Origin: an uncultured Bacteroidales bacterium
GTDB taxonomy: Bacteria; Bacteroidota; Bacteroidia; Bacteroidales; UBA7960
Length of the DNA: 64,000 bases
Direction: 5' to 3'
Assembly: GCA_964349365.1 (NCBI GenBank)
Contig: CAYGFY010000004.1
Coordinates: 24,115 to 88,114 of the forward strand
Part shown: piece by piece, positions 44,925 through 55,076 of the stretch
Position numbering within the stretch: position 1 is the stretch's first letter
Layout of the letters: the number at the start of each line of letters is the position of its first letter
Notes under the pieces: generated by a model
Databases searched by the model: none
Told to the model about the DNA's origin: nothing
Seen by the model: the letters and a program-made list of their open reading frames with translations, nothing else
Position numbers and translations under genes: made by a program

Positions 44925-47429
44925 CTACTTTTGTACTTGAACCTTTTGTGTAACGACTCCATTTTCAGAGTAAACTTTTACAAAGTAAACCCCTGCCCGT
45001 AGTGAATTGATGCTAAAAATATGACTGTTGCCATTTACTTCGGCGGAATAAACAACTTGTCCTAACATGTCAATCAGACTAACTTTTTTGATGTTTGTTC
45101 CCGAGGTAATATTGATGTTTGATCTTGCAGGATTTGGGAATACCCTAACTTGTGCATTTTCAATTATATCAACATTGGTAGGGCTGCCGATATGACCGAA
45201 CCAATCGTTGACGGTCATATTACCGGTAACCGTAACCTGCCTATTTGGAGACCCCGGCCACTCACCGCTGTCGAAAGAGGGAGCATCAAAGTATTTGTAA
45301 CTGTATGTTCCTACCGGCAACATCATTGTTTTGGTAAAAACAAAAACATTATCAGTGGCCGACATTAATTGTGAGGCAGGAATGCTACCGGGAGCGGCCC
45401 AATCAACACCAGGGAAGTTGCCGGTAATGAAAATTGTATGGTTATCGCCGGGGGTAAAACCGCCAGGCCTATGTCTCATGTCAACATTGAAGACCACGGT
45501 CCTGGGTGTTGGCTGAAGCGTAACGACTACGGTTCGGTTTGAGCCAAAAACTGTTGCTGTACCAGTACTCGAAACGAATCCTTCCCTTGATACTACAAAT
45601 TGGTGTGTACCATCCGGAACACTTATAACATAATTACCTGGTTCGTGTGGTTTGCCGTTCAAGGTAATCATTGCACCCTCAACGGTATTGTTAAGATGGT
45701 CTTTGATATCAAAGGTTAGGTTGTAAAAAGCAATTACCGGGAGTGTAATTTGTTTGCTTAGAAGCCAGTTGTTAGGTGTGAGAGTATTTTTCCCGGGAGC
45801 TCCCGACCTGCTAAGCATATAGCCGTTTTGGGCTGTTGCACCAAAGAACCAGTTGTGGCCATCGTTGTCGAAATCCACGGCAAGCCAACCTTCGGGCAAC
45901 CATTGAGGATTGATTGGGTCAGTAACCCCTGCATCGAAGTTCTCGTCAATAACCGTTGCTGGTAGGTCCAAGGTTTTGGAAGCCACAATCCTAACATCGT
46001 CAATAACGATACGATCCATACCCGTTACATCGTGGTGACGGAAAGCCACCCTTGCATCCTTGGAATGGTGCCATGCCAGGTTAGCCGAGCGACTTTGGAA
46101 AACCATTGAACCAATAGTTGAAGGTAGTGTTTCTTCAAAAACCATCTCGTAATTATTAGGGTTGAATGGAACCCCGCTTGGAGCGTCTTTCTTGCTTACC
46201 CAAACGCTGTATTTTTCAAGGCGTTGGTCGGCCGTGGCGGCGGTGGTAGCTACTCTCCAGGTTAGAGTAACTGCATTGTAAATGGTTGGCTCAACGTTAA
46301 CGAAAACGTTAGAGTTAACAACCTTAGCAAGGCCCTTGACGGGGAAATAATTTGGCGCGGTAACCTCGTAGTTGTAAAATCCGGGCGGAACCGTGAAGAA
46401 ATAGTTTCCGGGAGTGCCAGCAACATCGTTAAGCTTGATGGTGGCGTTGGTTACTAATTCGCCGCCAACATCAAAGACGGTGAATGCCAGGGTATGTTGA
46501 GCATCGGCACCGCCGGTCATGACAACAGGTATGGTTAAGTTTTCCTTATCAACAGTAAATGTCCCGGAAGCGGTAACAAATCCACTTTTCTTTACGAAAT
46601 AGGTGTATGATCCAGGAAATAAGTTGAGATTGTAAGATCCGGCGGCATACTGTTTACCATTAATGTTAATTGAGGCGTCGGCAACCGCGTTGCCTCCCGC
46701 GTCTTGAACCGTGAAATTTACGCCAAATGGGTCAACTATTCTCAAGTCATCGAAATAGACGGCACCCGAAACACCCTGAGATTGCCCGCTCCAGGTGAGT
46801 TGGAAACTATCGAAAACGATATAATCGTTACTCCAAACGCCATTGCCGTTTACCCAACCGACTACTGGATCTTCGGAAAGCCTCCAGGTTATGCGCCTCC
46901 AGCCAGTCCAGTCAATAGTAAACCACTGCGATCCTTCAAGCTGACCTCCAGCCACATCCGTGCGTTTCTCGCGTGTCATAAATCGGAACCTGTTGCCGGA
47001 ACCGTCTCCATGCACGAATACTTCGATGGCCTGATGTGGTAAAAAACGCCGGGCAACTGCATCTGACACAGGACCGGCTAAAGTGGATTCAGGCAAATGT
47101 TGTCTAATTAGGTGACTACCTGCACCCAAAGGCCTGTTGGCATCCCACTTGTAGCCAAGCTTCATCGACATGGTACTCCCTGAGGCCGGGTTGAAGATTT
47201 CGGTATCAGAAACCCTGTACGTGACCACGTTTCCTCCCTCTTCAAGTATAATTCCCGTGGTGCTTCCACTAGCATTAGGAGTCCACCACAATGACACCGC
47301 GGTAGGAGGCTCAAAGTTGTCAATGTTGCGGAAATTAGGATTTTCTTGTGAAAAAGCAGTGCCAAAGGCCGATACCAAGAACAGAATTGCCATACATGGC
47401 ACAGTGGTAAATTTAGTTTTCATAAGCAT
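44925..47429 (-). CDS. T9SS-secreted multidomain protein. It contains an N-terminal uncharacterised jelly-roll-like domain, three CarboxypepD_reg-like repeats, a choice-of-anchor-J domain, a CBM-like domain and a Por C-terminal sorting domain.
   Basis: Signal peptide MLMKTKFTTVPCMAILFLVSAFGTAFSQ. Choice-of-anchor-J pattern DENFDAGV ... PEGWLAVDFDNDGHNWFF. T9SS CTD VRVFPNPARSNINITSG ... LRAGVYFVKVYSENGVVTQKVQVQK. Confidence 0.8.
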   Translation of the reverse strand: MLMKTKFTTVPCMAILFLVSAFGTAFSQENPNFRNIDNFEPPTAVSLWWTPNASGSTTGIILEEGGNVVTYRVSDTEIFNPASGSTMSMKLGYKWDANRPLGAGSHLIRQHLPESTLAGPVSDAVARRFLPHQAIEVFVHGDGSGNRFRFMTREKRTDVAGGQLEGSQWFTIDWTGWRRITWRLSEDPVVGWVNGNGVWSNDYIVFDSFQLTWSGQSQGVSGAVYFDDLRIVDPFGVNFTVQDAGGNAVADASININGKQYAAGSYNLNLFPGSYTYFVKKSGFVTASGTFTVDKENLTIPVVMTGGADAQHTLAFTVFDVGGELVTNATIKLNDVAGTPGNYFFTVPPGFYNYEVTAPNYFPVKGLAKVVNSNVFVNVEPTIYNAVTLTWRVATTAATADQRLEKYSVWVSKKDAPSGVPFNPNNYEMVFEETLPSTIGSMVFQSRSANLAWHHSKDARVAFRHHDVTGMDRIVIDDVRIVASKTLDLPATVIDENFDAGVTDPINPQWLPEGWLAVDFDNDGHNWFFGATAQNGYMLSRSGAPGKNTLTPNNWLLSKQITLPVIAFYNLTFDIKDHLNNTVEGAMITLNGKPHEPGNYVISVPDGTHQFVVSREGFVSSTGTATVFGSNRTVVVTLQPTPRTVVFNVDMRHRPGGFTPGDNHTIFITGNFPGVDWAAPGSIPASQLMSATDNVFVFTKTMMLPVGTYSYKYFDAPSFDSGEWPGSPNRQVTVTGNMTVNDWFGHIGSPTNVDIIENAQVRVFPNPARSNINITSGTNIKKVSLIDMLGQVVYSAEVNGNSHIFSINSLRAGVYFVKVYSENGVVTQKVQVQK

Positions 47430-47464
47430 TTGATTAATTGGTTTAAAAGAAAAAAAGGTCTTGT

Positions 47465-49981
47465 TTAATTTAAAACTTGCAAGAACGATTTAATTTGACC
47501 GCTACTTGACATTACCCTTACTATGTAGGTGCCTCTTTGCAAGTCAGAAACATCAATTGCAGCAAGCTCTTTTAAAGGTTCTGTTTGAGTAATTAATTTT
47601 CCATCAATCGAAAAAACCTGAACAAGCAATATTGTTTCATCCGAAGCAATGTTTATTCGTGTCGATGTGGGGTTTGGATAAACATTAAGCCTGGCAATTC
47701 GAAAATCTTGGGTGGAAACTGGAGTTTGCCTCACGAATCTCAAATCATCAAAGTAAAGAGATCCCTTTAGTTGGGAGGTTGCGGTCTTGCGCAAGTGAAA
47801 GCCATCAATGAAAAAGTTAGATCCCTCGAGGACTCCGTTACCGTTAACCCATCCGAAAATAGGATCGTTGGTCAAGTCCCAAGAGATTAATTTCCAACCT
47901 TTCCATGCAACTGGTATCCAGGCATTAGCCTCGAGGTGATTTGAGCCATCTCGAATCATCAGCCGCACCTCGTTGCCAGTTCCATCGCCAAAAAGGAAGA
48001 ACTGCAACACATCGGTCCTGTTGAACCGTATGGTGTTTTGGCTTGCACCCGGGGGCAAGTGCTGCCTTATGTACGGGGTGCCTGCAAAGCCTTCCTGCCA
48101 CTCGTAATCAAGGCGCATGCTTCCGGTACTACCCGTGGTATGGTTAACTATTGAAGAATCGTGAAAACGACCTGTATTTCCGGTAACAATACCAAGGGTT
48201 TGGCCTGCCTGTTGCGGGGCCCACCAATTTACAATTCCACCGTTAAAATTATCAATTACGGTAAGATTGGTAACTACCTGGGCGGAAATTGAAAAGTTGA
48301 ACGCAAACGGAACGGTTTGATTGTTAAAAATATCGGTCAACCCCCCAGCTATACTGACCGTGTACGAAAGAGACGGGTTCAGGTCTTGCGTTGGGAAAAA
48401 GTGAATTAGCGTGTTTTTGCCCAAATATGTATGCTGAACAACCCCAGGCACTATATTATTGGTACCTACTGGAGTCAATACAACAGAATTTTGAGTTATC
48501 GAAGACCCAACAATTCGTTCATCGTAAAGCAACCTGATTATTGGCCTCAAAATATTTGCGGGTTGATTTTGCGCCGGAAAATGCGATAACAACACCGGAG
48601 GGGCGGTATCTTCGGCCGATGTGGCAATACTTATCGTGTAATTTCCACCTTCGGTGCCATTGGCATCGCCATCAAGAAATTGCCCGGTTATAAGGCCCTT
48701 GGCTACGCCGCCGTCAATAGAAAGAATATAATTGGTTAAGTATTGAAGCTGGTTTGTGTTAATTACCAGGTTGAAATCGTTGGTCCAGGAATAACTCAAC
48801 TGGGCAGAGGGTTGAATTGAAATGGCGGCCTCTACCGTTGGCCTGTCCATTTTTCGACTAAACCTAATATTAACATCGGTGCCGGGTACAAAATCAGTTA
48901 GGTTTCCCGAAGTTTGAACCTGTTCAACCACCGGAGGCACGATGGATGTTAGTGCAACGTCGAGGAAACTCAGGTTTTGGGTTATGGGGCCAGTAACGTT
49001 CGAAGCTATGGTAAGGCTGCTTTGGAGGGATTGATGATTAGGCGAGGTAAATGTAACCTCATAAGTTTGCAGGGGGGTAAGATTTTCGAAAAAATAAAAA
49101 CCGTTGCCCAGCAAGTTGGGATCATTGGTGTAATTACTGAAAAGGGATTCAAAAGTATCGGTGATGTAGGTTTGGCCATTAATCTGAACGGTAATGCCAT
49201 TCAAAGGTTTGTTGGTTTCCACATCGGTAATAAACCCGAGGGCAACCCCGATGGCAGGTTTTTGAACCTGCCGGTGTTGAAGAATAGACCAAAACGCGGC
49301 GAGGGCCTCCAGCTTTTTCCACTCGGCGTTCATATTCCTCTGATTTTGAGTGGGGTTGGTATGAAACCCGCCCTCGCTAAGCAACGAAGCCATATTCGTT
49401 TGCCTGTTTACCCAAAGCCAAGGAAACTGGTTGGTGTGGTGATTAGGAGTGGGATCGTAAAAAACTCTGTCAGCAAAATTTCCAGAAGTGGGAATTCTCA
49501 TTGCCCCGGGCAGATCAACGTTAAGAATTGTTCCAAACGCGGCACCTCCATTTGGGGTTTTCTCAACTATCACGCCGTTGTTTCTCCAGCCCCCGTAAAG
49601 CATCAACGTTCTGTTGGCTTCGGGTGGCCCGGCATCGCTGTGAATGGAGTAGTAGAAATCAACGGCAAGGGTATTGGCCTGATCGGTTCTTCCGCCAAGG
49701 GAAACATTGTCGAAATCAGTCTCGCGAGCAACGTAAACGGCCTGTATGTCAGTCATTTCGAGTAAATACTGCCTCAAGGCCAAACCAATCCGCAATACCT
49801 TTTCGGCTTCTGAATATCCGTGTATGCCCATATTTTCCTTCATGGAGTGTCCTTGGTCTATGTACAACTTCCAGTTGTTTAAGCCTGTAACTTGCGCCTG
49901 CAGGTTGCCGGAAAAAGCAATAATCGCAATTCCAAAAACCATGAATAGGGCCTCGTGCGCAATAATTCTTGTTGATTTCAT
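47465..49981 (-). CDS. T9SS-secreted N-acetylmuramoyl-L-alanine amidase (Amidase_3) with CarboxypepD_reg-like, two SbsA-Ig-like, one uncharacterised and one Por CTD domain
   Basis: Amidase_3 pattern with Zn ligands: YIDQGHS ... GYSEAEKVLRIGLALRQYL ... RTDQANTLAVDFYYSIHSDAG. T9SS CTD LNVYPNPTSTRINIASD ... LQRGTYIVRVMSSSGQIKSFLQVLN. Confidence 0.85.
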   Translation of the reverse strand: MKSTRIIAHEALFMVFGIAIIAFSGNLQAQVTGLNNWKLYIDQGHSMKENMGIHGYSEAEKVLRIGLALRQYLLEMTDIQAVYVARETDFDNVSLGGRTDQANTLAVDFYYSIHSDAGPPEANRTLMLYGGWRNNGVIVEKTPNGGAAFGTILNVDLPGAMRIPTSGNFADRVFYDPTPNHHTNQFPWLWVNRQTNMASLLSEGGFHTNPTQNQRNMNAEWKKLEALAAFWSILQHRQVQKPAIGVALGFITDVETNKPLNGITVQINGQTYITDTFESLFSNYTNDPNLLGNGFYFFENLTPLQTYEVTFTSPNHQSLQSSLTIASNVTGPITQNLSFLDVALTSIVPPVVEQVQTSGNLTDFVPGTDVNIRFSRKMDRPTVEAAISIQPSAQLSYSWTNDFNLVINTNQLQYLTNYILSIDGGVAKGLITGQFLDGDANGTEGGNYTISIATSAEDTAPPVLLSHFPAQNQPANILRPIIRLLYDERIVGSSITQNSVVLTPVGTNNIVPGVVQHTYLGKNTLIHFFPTQDLNPSLSYTVSIAGGLTDIFNNQTVPFAFNFSISAQVVTNLTVIDNFNGGIVNWWAPQQAGQTLGIVTGNTGRFHDSSIVNHTTGSTGSMRLDYEWQEGFAGTPYIRQHLPPGASQNTIRFNRTDVLQFFLFGDGTGNEVRLMIRDGSNHLEANAWIPVAWKGWKLISWDLTNDPIFGWVNGNGVLEGSNFFIDGFHLRKTATSQLKGSLYFDDLRFVRQTPVSTQDFRIARLNVYPNPTSTRINIASDETILLVQVFSIDGKLITQTEPLKELAAIDVSDLQRGTYIVRVMSSSGQIKSFLQVLN

Positions 49982-49987
49982 TTCGGC

Positions 49988-50944
49988 TTAGTTTTCAAGG
50001 TTAACAATTAGTATGTCTCCATTGGTATGGTTCTCGAACGCAATTTTCTTGCCGTCGGGCGAAACAGAAGGACTTAAGGCAATAATGCCATGAACATCAA
50101 CCAAGGAGGTTTCTAACCCCGTGGCGAGGCAAACAGCGTAGATGGCGCCGGAAGTGAAGATATGACCGTCATCGGTGGTTTTCATCACCGCGAGGTAATC
50201 TTCTGTTGGAAACCAACTTGGCCTTTCGCCATAACCAAGATGCCGAAGTCCCGAACCATCGGAGTTTATCAAGTACAACCCCTTTGCGGCCACCTGAAAG
50301 GCTATTTTCTTGCCTGATGGCGAAAGGGTAACATTGAAAATTGTCCTTGATCCAAAATCAGCAACTTCTTGCTTTTGGTTTTTTTCGGGGTAGGCAACAA
50401 ACATTTTCCCATCTAAAGAATAAATAACCGGTTGGATTTCAAGATGTGAATTCCAACCCTTGTTTCCATCGGCAATAGTCTTCAATTCCAAAACTTCGTT
50501 TACTACCACCAAAACACCATTGCCGTTGTTGACCCACATGGGTAGCGTTTTTATTCCACGTGTTGGCTCAACGAGGGTTATGACTTTCGAATTGGCAACG
50601 TTGATGGTTTTTATTGATTGAAGCCTTCTATTGTCAACATATTCCGACGAGCGCACCAGAATATCCATTGAGTTTGGCGACCATGAAAAACCAAAACCAA
50701 TACCCTGATTTTCAGAAATCTGCCTTGGCTCTTTTTCGTCAATTGTCAAAATCCAAATACCACCGTACCCTTCGGGCGAAAAGGCAATATGCCTTCCATC
50801 GGGCGACCATTTGGGGTTAACCCAACCCTGACCTGAAGATGCAACCAGCAAGCTAGGCTCATCAACTGCAATAGCCTGGGATTGCAGGATGTTTATGGCA
50901 AATGAAATGGTTGCCAAACATAAAAAAATTTTCAGGGCTTTCAT
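49988..50944 (-). CDS. Secreted PD40/TolB-like beta-propeller protein
   Basis: A signal peptide is followed by repeated WSPDG/SPSGKKIAF/SPDGKKIAF PD40 motifs. Confidence 0.8.
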   Translation of the reverse strand: MKALKIFLCLATISFAINILQSQAIAVDEPSLLVASSGQGWVNPKWSPDGRHIAFSPEGYGGIWILTIDEKEPRQISENQGIGFGFSWSPNSMDILVRSSEYVDNRRLQSIKTINVANSKVITLVEPTRGIKTLPMWVNNGNGVLVVVNEVLELKTIADGNKGWNSHLEIQPVIYSLDGKMFVAYPEKNQKQEVADFGSRTIFNVTLSPSGKKIAFQVAAKGLYLINSDGSGLRHLGYGERPSWFPTEDYLAVMKTTDDGHIFTSGAIYAVCLATGLETSLVDVHGIIALSPSVSPDGKKIAFENHTNGDILIVNLEN

Positions 50945-50948
50945 TGCA

Positions 50949-53396
50949 TCAATTTTTCAAAATTTTGAACATAAACAAATCACCATTTTTCAACTTAACT
51001 TCCCCGAAATAAAATCCCGTGGGCAATGATTTCAAATCAATTTGGTCAATCCGGTCGGGATTGGTAAAAGAAGAAGTTAGGACAACCTGTCCTGCGTTGT
51101 TGAAAATTCTCACGGTCCGCTCCCCGACAACAGTAAGATATGGGAGGTAAACCGTGCCTGTTGTTGGATTGGGGAAAACGTTTACTAAAGAGATTTCGGG
51201 TTCAACTACACTTACCACGGTAGTGGTTGTAAAACCTATGGTTGAAGACCAATTACCGGTTCCACAATTATTAACACCTGCCACTCTCAAAAAGTATTGG
51301 GTGTTTCCGTGGGGCAATGAGAAACTGAAAATATTTTGTCCAATTCCAGTTTGATTTATAATTATGGAACTTGGCTCAAAAGAAACATTGGTTGCAACTT
51401 GCAACGAGTAACTTGAAACCCCCGGCATTACCTGCCATTGGGCAACCGTGCTTAGCGGAACCATTCCTTGGCCTTGGGCTGGGTGATTAACGGTAATTCT
51501 CCTCGGGAAACCTGCGGTGAATGAGTTTAACTGGGAATATGCCACCCCGGTGCCAATTATGCTAGCAACCCTGTAAAAGTATGTCCTTTGTCCTTCGAAG
51601 TTTATGTTGTTTATCTCAAGCGAAGGGTTTAAAGTAGTATTAACTGTATGAATAATATTAGATTCTTGCTGATTGTCAAAAAATAAAACGTGGTACTGTT
51701 CAGTTGCAGGAACTCCTGTCCAGGTAATTAAAGCGCCGTTGCAAAGAGTGGCACCATTTGCAATTGTTACCTGCGGAGGGTTGTGGGTAATCCATTGCTT
51801 GGGTGCCGACATTGGCCCAATTGCGTTGTTTCTTGCCAATTCTGAGGCGGCAAAGAATTGGTTGTTGCGATGCATGACATTGCTGAACTGATTTTTGAAT
51901 GCAACCTGGACGAAGTTTGGAGGAGTATTTTTTGAAGTGGGTTGTTGTGTCCAGCCGTAAACCAAGAACCTTTTTTGATTGGAATTAAAATCCATTGCAA
52001 CAACAGAATCATCGCCTCCCACCACTCCTAGCCTGGTTATTTCGGGTGCGCTCAAGGTTGGGTTAGGCAACCAAGTAAGTTGAGGAAAAATTGTTTTTTG
52101 TGAAAACAAGTCGTTTCGGAGGTATCCGGCCAAATTTTTGGAAGGATTCAAAAGACTGTTCGTGTTGTAAAAAATCAATCCTTGTGCCGTATTGTTCGGG
52201 TTAGCCCTATTGGCAATAATTTGGTTGCCAATTTCGGTTACCGCCCAACCACTTTTTTCTGAATCGCTGACTTCATCCTCCTGAACCCAGGCTAATCGGC
52301 CTGCCGCATTTTGCTCGGCAAGAGATTGCCCCTCAATTTCCACGCTTTTTGCCGAGTACAACCTATACGATCCTAGGCTTGGATAGTTATGCCTACCATA
52401 TCGTTTTGCCTGCAAGCCCCACCATTGGGTTAGTGTAACAAAATCCTGACTGCCACCTATTTGCCAGTAAAGTTGTGGCGAAATGTAATCTATCGAACCT
52501 TCGTTGAGCCAGGCAAGGGGGTCGCAATTAATTGTTGCCCAATTGTTATTACCAGTTATACCTACGGGCAGGGTTGTGCCGTAAAAAGCTGCAACTGCCG
52601 AATTTGTGGTGTATATGCCAGCTGGACTTACGCCAAAAACCAAAGCAGGGTTGATTGATTTTATCGTGTCGTTAACCTCTTTTATCATATTATTTACCGA
52701 GGCACGTCTGAAATTTCCCCGGGTAATGTCAGGGTAGTATCGATTAATGAATGCAGCGGTGCCAAATGCTGCAAAGGTGTGATCATCAAGCGAGTTTGGC
52801 ATGTTCGACGGATAAAAATAATCATCAAAAATCACCCCATCTATGTTATAGTTGTGTACGATATCCGCCACGATGTTCTTGATTAGCTGCGTGGTTTGGG
52901 GATGTCCAGGATTAAAGTAAGTTCTATTATCATGATTTATGATCAGATGCGGGTGTGTTTGGGCATAATTACCCGGCCTTCCGGCAAATTCACCTGCAGT
53001 ACTTTCAAAACGGTATGGATTGAGCCAAACATGAAGCTCCATTCCGCGTTTGTGAGCTTCTTTTATGGCAAGTGCAAGAGGGTCATAACCAGGGTCAACC
53101 CCCCTGGCTGCGGCATTTGCCCCGAGCAGGTGCGACCATGGTTCGTAGTTAGACCTGTAAAAAGCATCGGCAAATGGCCTGACCTGAAAAAACACGGCAT
53201 TAATGTTGGCAGCCTCCAACTGGTTGAACATCGATATCATACTGTTAATCTGGGTTTGTGCAGTGCCAAGCGGGGGCCAGTCAATACGCCAGGCGGTGGT
53301 AAACCATGTGCCTCTAAGCTCCCTGCCAGGTTGGCCATAGACAACCAAAAGTGCAAATTGAAAAATGAAAAATGAAATTAAAAGCTTCCTAATCAT
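50949..53396 (-). CDS. T9SS-secreted glycoside-hydrolase-like family 10 (GHL10/YngK-like) protein with Fn3-like modules
   Basis: GHL10 pattern LRGTWFTTAWRIDWP ... NINAVFFQVRPFADAFYRSNYEPWSHLLG ... GYDPLALAIKEAHKRGMELHVWLNPYR. T9SS CTD VNVFPNPTTGTVYLP ... LPTGFYFGEVKLKNGDLFMFKILKN. The start is set at ATG 53396 (MIRKLLISFFIF). Confidence 0.82.
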   Translation of the reverse strand: MIRKLLISFFIFQFALLVVYGQPGRELRGTWFTTAWRIDWPPLGTAQTQINSMISMFNQLEAANINAVFFQVRPFADAFYRSNYEPWSHLLGANAAARGVDPGYDPLALAIKEAHKRGMELHVWLNPYRFESTAGEFAGRPGNYAQTHPHLIINHDNRTYFNPGHPQTTQLIKNIVADIVHNYNIDGVIFDDYFYPSNMPNSLDDHTFAAFGTAAFINRYYPDITRGNFRRASVNNMIKEVNDTIKSINPALVFGVSPAGIYTTNSAVAAFYGTTLPVGITGNNNWATINCDPLAWLNEGSIDYISPQLYWQIGGSQDFVTLTQWWGLQAKRYGRHNYPSLGSYRLYSAKSVEIEGQSLAEQNAAGRLAWVQEDEVSDSEKSGWAVTEIGNQIIANRANPNNTAQGLIFYNTNSLLNPSKNLAGYLRNDLFSQKTIFPQLTWLPNPTLSAPEITRLGVVGGDDSVVAMDFNSNQKRFLVYGWTQQPTSKNTPPNFVQVAFKNQFSNVMHRNNQFFAASELARNNAIGPMSAPKQWITHNPPQVTIANGATLCNGALITWTGVPATEQYHVLFFDNQQESNIIHTVNTTLNPSLEINNINFEGQRTYFYRVASIIGTGVAYSQLNSFTAGFPRRITVNHPAQGQGMVPLSTVAQWQVMPGVSSYSLQVATNVSFEPSSIIINQTGIGQNIFSFSLPHGNTQYFLRVAGVNNCGTGNWSSTIGFTTTTVVSVVEPEISLVNVFPNPTTGTVYLPYLTVVGERTVRIFNNAGQVVLTSSFTNPDRIDQIDLKSLPTGFYFGEVKLKNGDLFMFKILKN

Positions 53397-53462
53397 CGGT
53401 TTTGTTTTAAAACCAAGGAGGTTTTTGCGGTTTGGCAACCCCCCCCTTGGCAGTTTGTCTTT

Positions 53463-55064
53463 TTATCTTTTAACATGGTCAATCCCTATGCCGAAGGGAA
53501 CAATTCCGGTGACCAAAAATTCTGGCGGTTTGGAACCATCCATTTTCCAGCGCCTAACTCCCGACAAGGAACCATTGCCAACTATTTGACCTGCAGTGTT
53601 TATATCGCTCTGATGCCTGAACGGGTAGTAAATGTAGCCACCCTCGGCATCAACCACTATCGATGTAACGTAGGTTCTTTCTCCTTCGCCTCCCTGCATT
53701 GAAAAGTTATCCAGGGGGTCAATCAGACGAATGTTGGTTCCGTCAATATTCGAGACATAAAGTCCGGCACTTGCCAATCCGCCCGAAGCCCTGTTTACAG
53801 CGAAGTAAATCTGATTATTCTGGGTGTCTACTTCGAAGCAACGTATTTGGATTTGGAAAAGACCTTCAATTCTAGCAATAAAGTTACCGTCCATTGCAAA
53901 CCGATACAGGCCGCGACCAGTGCCGTGCTTGCTGTACCAAATTTCGTTGTTGACAATGCGTACCCCTCCATCTGTCCAGCCAAAAGTAGAAGGCACGCCT
54001 AGGTGCGTGGCCATAACAGCCGGGACGTCCCAGACAAATGGTGCCGGATACTCTCCATTTACTTCTCGATGGTCAATTTTTCTAACACCCTGAAACCTAT
54101 TCAACCAATAAACGGTTCCATCTGGCCCAACGGTAGAAATAAAGGGGTCAGCAACATAGTTGTGTTCCATAACACTGGGTTGGGTAATGGTGTACCTATT
54201 CCCTCCTGCCAGATTGGTTGTAAAAATGAATCCGTCAGGGGGTGTTTCGGCAGGAGCAAACCTTATGTGGTCGCCGGCCACAGAAACAATAAGACGATTT
54301 TGAAATACACTTACCGAAAGTGGATGCAACCCAACGTTGATGGGCAGTTGCTCAAGAGGTGCTATGGCACCAGAATAGAGCATCATCTTGTAAAGGCTTT
54401 GGTCAATAGCATTTGTGATAAACAGTGTTTTTGCTATCTCCGCCTGAACTATAACCTGCCTGGAAACATTCAAGATTTCCACCCCGTCAAATAATTGTAG
54501 TGTAACAGTATATGTACCTGGCAGGTTGTAGGTTGTTTGTGGCCTGGCAACGGTTGATGTTACGCCATTACCCAAGTTCCAGGAGTACGTTACCTGGTCT
54601 GAAAGCCCAGGGTACTTAAAAAACTCCACCCAAAAGGTTACCAAATCGCCATAAACAAGTCCTGTTGGATCCTGCATGATGACAGGAGTGGGTTTTGCAA
54701 CAGTAAAGTTTATGGTGTGAGAGGTTTCCTTACCATCGGCCATAATTTTTAGAGTAGCAACGTAATTGCCCGGAACAGGGTAAAAAACTCCCTCTGGCTG
54801 TATTCCGGTAAAGGTGTTTTCTTCGGTAGGCTGTCCATTTATAACGATAAAACCACCAGGAAAAGACCAATGGTAAGATTCGGCGTTTTTTGTCGCATTT
54901 ATAACCCTAATGGTAGTAGGTGCCGATAGGTTATCAACGTTTTGGATCGTGAAAAAGGTTACCACTTCGCCCCATATCTTTTCCTTTTCCTTCTCGCATG
55001 ATGTAAGTAATGCCCCAATCAAGAATGTGGCAATTAATGCAAATGCAAATCTTTTGTTTTTCAT
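53463..55064 (-). CDS. Surface lipoprotein with two PKD-like domains and a YWTD-like beta-propeller (candidate surface glycan-binding protein)
   Basis: Lipobox LIGALLTSC. PKD-like segments YHWSFPGG and YSWNLGNGVTS ... PGTYTVTLQLFDG. Propeller-like repeats VYWLNRF, IWYSKHG, IYFAVNR and IYYPFRH. Confidence 0.7.
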   Translation of the reverse strand: MKNKRFAFALIATFLIGALLTSCEKEKEKIWGEVVTFFTIQNVDNLSAPTTIRVINATKNAESYHWSFPGGFIVINGQPTEENTFTGIQPEGVFYPVPGNYVATLKIMADGKETSHTINFTVAKPTPVIMQDPTGLVYGDLVTFWVEFFKYPGLSDQVTYSWNLGNGVTSTVARPQTTYNLPGTYTVTLQLFDGVEILNVSRQVIVQAEIAKTLFITNAIDQSLYKMMLYSGAIAPLEQLPINVGLHPLSVSVFQNRLIVSVAGDHIRFAPAETPPDGFIFTTNLAGGNRYTITQPSVMEHNYVADPFISTVGPDGTVYWLNRFQGVRKIDHREVNGEYPAPFVWDVPAVMATHLGVPSTFGWTDGGVRIVNNEIWYSKHGTGRGLYRFAMDGNFIARIEGLFQIQIRCFEVDTQNNQIYFAVNRASGGLASAGLYVSNIDGTNIRLIDPLDNFSMQGGEGERTYVTSIVVDAEGGYIYYPFRHQSDINTAGQIVGNGSLSGVRRWKMDGSKPPEFLVTGIVPFGIGIDHVKR

Positions 55065-55076
55065 AATGTATTAGAT

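Noticed and set aside
48977-49765. Long antisense ORF (262 aa, +) inside the T9SS amidase gene. Similar antisense ORFs occur at 5218..5814, 6883..7314, 16024..16473, 20217..20738, 23802..24350, 27999..28535, 52896..53375, 54003..54494, 55983..56444 and 63105..63671.
   Set aside because: Each one is fully embedded opposite a gene with clear family motifs. Their translations are low-complexity, rich in Arg, Ser and Pro, and carry no recognisable domain. This is typical of codon-bias shadow ORFs.
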